Source: Aliivibrio fischeri ES114
GTDB lineage: Bacteria; Pseudomonadota; Gammaproteobacteria; Enterobacterales; Vibrionaceae
Length of the DNA stretch: 32,000 nt
Assembly (NCBI RefSeq): GCF_000011805.1
Contig: NC_006841.2
Reading direction: 5' to 3' (one strand)
Both the position numbers and the translations under genes were made by a program. Each line of letters opens with the position of its first letter. The first letter of the stretch is position 1. Below, in pieces: positions 28,736 to 32,000 of this stretch. Below the pieces are notes generated by a model. It was given only the letters and a program-made list of their open reading frames with translations, was not told the origin of the DNA and searched no databases.

Positions 28736-29644
28736 TTAAATTGAATTTAAAATTTCTTTTGCTTCTTTAATTAGCCATTCAGTTAATGGTTGATTGCGAT
28801 TTGTTTGATGACAAAATAAGGCAATTTTACGTTGATAGCTCTGAGGCACAATTTCATGAGGTATCGGTAAAAAGCGGAAATGAGGTTGCATCAATGCCTG
28901 AAGAGTTCGTGGCATAACACCAACATAATTACTTTCTTTCAGTAAATTTGTCATTAACGAAATATCGCTTGTTCGTAAATTGATTTTTTTCTTTATTTTA
29001 AGATTACGAATTAACTGCTCTGCTTTTGATGGCCCTGTAATCCCTCCAGGAATAAGGCAAATAGCCAAAGGATATAAGAGTACGTTTTCAATTGACGCAT
29101 GCTGCAAAGGATGCTCATTACTCACTACAAAAGCAAACTCATCACCACCAATTTCTTGCTCTAATAGTGTTTTATTTGTCTCCATCGGTAAATAAGTAAT
29201 TCCAAAGTGCTGATGAGGGCTGTTTTCTAAACGCTGTGGAGTATCTCCTGCCCAGTGTGAGCATTGAACGGTTAATTCAGGAGCCAGTAACGTCAGTTTC
29301 TTAATTAACTGTGAACCTAATGTTGGAATTAAAGGAGGGGAAATTAGTAAGTTTAAATCACCATTCAATTGAGATATATCCCATTGAGTATTATCTGAAT
29401 AGAGCTTATCTAGCTGAGTCAAAAGAGCTGGAAGCGTAGCTAATATGTTTTCACATTTGATTGTAGGAGTAAGGTTGTTTTTATCACGAATGAACAAAGG
29501 ATCACCAAATTGGTCTCGTAACTTTTTTAGCATAATACTGATTGTAGGTTGGCTTAAATTCATTCGTTTTGCTGCCAAAATGGTTTGCCTCTCTTCATTT
29601 AGGATGACGAGAAGTCTGAGCAAATTTAGATCTTTGTTCTGCAT
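28736..29644 (-). CDS. LysR-family transcriptional regulator
   Basis: 302 aa; N-terminal HTH (NLLRLLVILNEERQTILAAKRMNLSQPTISIMLKKLRDQFGDPLFIR) and substrate-binding-like C-terminal domain. Confidence 0.93.
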   Translation of the reverse strand: MQNKDLNLLRLLVILNEERQTILAAKRMNLSQPTISIMLKKLRDQFGDPLFIRDKNNLTPTIKCENILATLPALLTQLDKLYSDNTQWDISQLNGDLNLLISPPLIPTLGSQLIKKLTLLAPELTVQCSHWAGDTPQRLENSPHQHFGITYLPMETNKTLLEQEIGGDEFAFVVSNEHPLQHASIENVLLYPLAICLIPGGITGPSKAEQLIRNLKIKKKINLRTSDISLMTNLLKESNYVGVMPRTLQALMQPHFRFLPIPHEIVPQSYQRKIALFCHQTNRNQPLTEWLIKEAKEILNSI

Positions 29645-30120
29645 GGATGTTACCTAACCACTGAGCATTGAAAATAACTAAAGAGAAATATAGCTTGAAA
29701 AAAAAGTGAGTTCAGCAACTATGTGAAAATATCGAGATATTGATTAGAAAATAAAATAGAACGAAAAACTGCTTAAAGTGTAAATTATGTTCTCATGGAA
29801 AATAAGTCTCATATATAAGGCAATCTTCAGCTCTAAGTGAGATCTAGATCGTTGAATTAAATAAAAAGTATATTTAGTCATTGCTTAAAATTTAGATAAT
29901 ATGGAGTGTTTTTGCTAAATATAAAAAAAACTAAATAGATTAAATTTTAAAAAATGTATATTTAACAGATAATTATATTAATAATAACGTTTAATTTATG
30001 AAATAATTTCTATAGAATAATTTTATTATTAGGCATTTTTATTTATTTGTTTGGTGTAAATGCCTTGGGGTGTCAGTGCTTAAAAGCTTATAATGACTAA
30101 ATAAAGGGTTGGTTCAACAC

Positions 30121-31011
30121 ATGAAGTATCTTTTTGAACAAATTTTAAAAAAATATAGAGAGAAGAGCGGCGTTACTCAAGAGATTATGGTTGACTTATT
30201 GAGTCACAATTCTTCGAAGTTAAAAAAATTAGATAACGTAACATTTAGTCGCTGGGAAAGAGGGATCACTATTCCTCCGTTCAAAAAACAAATTGAGATA
30301 TATCAGTTATTAGGTGTCGATCCTATAGATGAAATCATTGATTCAAATATAGAATTACCAAAAGTGGATAATGAGAATTATTTCGCTATTGATTACTATA
30401 CCTATGGTAATAGTGATTTTGTTACGCATGTATTAAATCGAAATACGTTATCCGGTTTAGATTCTGTTCTTGAAGAAATGGAATTAATAATTGATAGTGA
30501 TTATTATTTTAAGCAGTTAATAAAAGCCACTGGAAAAAATAGTATAAAAAAATCAATAGAGTCATTAATGACAAAACTAAATGCTGAGATTATTGTTTGT
30601 AAGTATAAATCTCGATTAATTGCACATTCGATTACGCTTTATGTATCATCAGATTTTTTAAAAGATTTAATGTGTAATGAAATAGATTATACAAAAATAA
30701 AAAATTACGCATCAAATAACCCATTAATAATATCATTCTATGCATCAACTAATGATAGCCTTAAATATATACTAGGCCGAATTTTGACAAATTTTTTAGA
30801 TATACCAAATATAGATTCAAAATTGTATTTTATTTCAGGTGAAAAAAATATACATAAGTTATTTGTTAAATTAAATTCTAAAATTAAATTTAATGAATTT
30901 ATCGATGATAAAAACTATAAGTTATCTGAAGTAACTAAGTTAAATATTAATCACTCAAAAGATGCATTACATTTTCTTGTTGATTTTAGAAGAATGGAAT
31001 ATGAAAAGTAA
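30121..31011 (+). CDS. XRE-type helix-turn-helix regulator with a C-terminal region of unknown function (track start TTG 30109; ATG 30121 preferred)
   Basis: 296 aa; HTH LKKYREKSGVTQEIMVDLLSHNSSKLKKLDNVTFSRWERGITIPPFKKQIEIYQLLGVD; remainder not recognised. Confidence 0.75.
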   Translation: MKYLFEQILKKYREKSGVTQEIMVDLLSHNSSKLKKLDNVTFSRWERGITIPPFKKQIEIYQLLGVDPIDEIIDSNIELPKVDNENYFAIDYYTYGNSDFVTHVLNRNTLSGLDSVLEEMELIIDSDYYFKQLIKATGKNSIKKSIESLMTKLNAEIIVCKYKSRLIAHSITLYVSSDFLKDLMCNEIDYTKIKNYASNNPLIISFYASTNDSLKYILGRILTNFLDIPNIDSKLYFISGEKNIHKLFVKLNSKIKFNEFIDDKNYKLSEVTKLNINHSKDALHFLVDFRRMEYEK

Positions 31012-32000
31012 AATAAATATAATATTAGTAGATGATATTGATTTTTCAAGGAAAGTAGTTTCATTTATTATAAAGAAGAATTTTCATGATCAAGTAAATA
31101 TCATAGAAGCAAAAAGTTGTAATGATGTGGTAAATATTTTAAATAAAAAGAATATAATACACGGAATTATAACAGATATAATGATGCCTAATGGAGATGG
31201 CTTAGATCTAATAAAAGTATTATCTGAGAATAATTACCACATACCAGTAGCTATTGTTTCATCAGTAAAAGCGACTATTTTGGAAAAAGTAATGGACCTT
31301 GCTGAAGTCAGTGGGGTTACTATTGTTAATTCTTACAATAAACCCATTTCAGCTGAAGAAGTCATTTCTACCATTGATTTTTTTAATGTGAATAGAATTG
31401 AAGATCGAAAGATGTTGTTTGAAGATGTAAAGCAAAATGATCTTGTTGAATTATATTATCAACCAATCGTTAATTTCGGCTCTCATCGAATTGATGGTGT
31501 TCAGGTTTCTCCTCATTGGAAAAATCAAAAGGCAAGTGCTGTTGCCGAAAGTGTGTTTCTACCAGACATTAATGATATGAAAAATACTGCTGGGTTTATG
31601 AATTTGATGTTCACCCTGCTTGAGCGTGATATCAAGAGTAAGTTTTCTGATTATCGTCATACCTTTCGTATAAATGTGAAGGATATTTTAATATGCGATG
31701 ATGATTTTATTAATCATGTTTTTGATAAAATTGAAAAGGAAACGAAGGATAAGATCATTGTGGTTGTTGAGTTTTCAGAAGATGTTGTGTTACTTGATAA
31801 ATTAACAGAAAATCTGGAAAAATTACTCTCAGATGGAGTTCGCATATCAATTGAATTGGTTGACAATGATATGCAGTACAAACTATTAGAACAAGGAATT
31901 GCTCTTTCTAATATTTGTTTTGAATATAAGAAAAATGTATTTGATGATATCGAGAGGTTTAAAGAACTGCATGGTAAAGATATTCCTATCATTATAGGTA
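31001..32000 (+). CDS. Response regulator with degenerate EAL-type output domain, C-terminally truncated by the window edge
   Basis: Manual translation from ATG 31001 is open to 32000: REC residues (NIILVDDIDFSRK, ITDIMMPNGDG, IVSS, SYNKPIS), then an EAL-like core (ELYYQPIVNFGSHRIDGVQVSPHW...RISIELVDNDMQYKLL). Absent from the supplied track; overlaps the XRE gene by 11 bp. Confidence 0.82.
   Translation, partial: MKSKINIILVDDIDFSRKVVSFIIKKNFHDQVNIIEAKSCNDVVNILNKKNIIHGIITDIMMPNGDGLDLIKVLSENNYHIPVAIVSSVKATILEKVMDLAEVSGVTIVNSYNKPISAEEVISTIDFFNVNRIEDRKMLFEDVKQNDLVELYYQPIVNFGSHRIDGVQVSPHWKNQKASAVAESVFLPDINDMKNTAGFMNLMFTLLERDIKSKFSDYRHTFRINVKDILICDDDFINHVFDKIEKETKDKIIVVVEFSEDVVLLDKLTENLEKLLSDGVRISIELVDNDMQYKLLEQGIALSNICFEYKKNVFDDIERFKELHGKDIPIIIG

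Noticed and set aside
30065-30094. Possible promoter before the XRE gene (TTGGGG, 18-nt spacer, TATAAT)
   Set aside because: The -10 is perfect but the -35 is poor, and TATAAT-like matches are expected in such AT-rich DNA; not strong enough to list.
31714-31992. 92-aa minus-strand ORF in the track
   Set aside because: It is antisense to a long open frame (31001 to the window edge) whose translation has coherent REC and EAL-like motifs; the minus-strand peptide is low-complexity Ser/Asn-rich.
1-32000. Search for CRISPR arrays, tRNA/rRNA genes, transposases, phage genes and a retron or defence cassette
   Set aside because: No regularly spaced repeats, tRNA-like cloverleaf, integrase/transposase ORF or recognised defence domains were seen in the supplied frames.

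Overview
The window is a Vibrio/Aliivibrio-type gammaproteobacterial chromosomal segment; the genus is inferred from gene content, not from a database search. In order it contains: a torC-torA TMAO respiration pair (-); a TonB-dependent siderophore receptor followed by a TonB2-type energising cluster (DUF3450-like, TtpC-like, ExbB, ExbD, TonB, TPR) (+); a two-ATPase Opp/Dpp-type ABC operon with no permease or binding protein, behind a near-consensus Fur box (-); a secreted protein of unknown function; a CBS-pair protein; a 49-aa ORF missing from the supplied track; a membrane protein; a YeiH-like transporter; an MFS transporter; an endonuclease/exonuclease/phosphatase-family protein; an anaerobic sulfatase-maturase-like radical SAM protein; a DUF1254/DUF1214 protein; an EptA-like phosphoethanolamine transferase; an OmpR-family two-component system; a Ser-type sulfatase; a truncated DUF1254 remnant; a LysR regulator; and an AT-rich right end with an XRE-type regulator overlapping a response regulator that has a degenerate EAL domain and runs off the window. 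The most interesting leads are: (1) the Fur-box-controlled, permease-less OppDF-like operon with a small coupled ORF; (2) the XRE / REC-degenerate-EAL pair; (3) the maturase / DUF1254 / EptA / two-component / Ser-sulfatase neighbourhood, with a perfect 11-bp inverted repeat and a PmrA-like hexamer repeat in its intergenic regions. I found no CRISPR array, tRNA, rRNA or obvious transposon. None of these leads proves a novel system from sequence alone.
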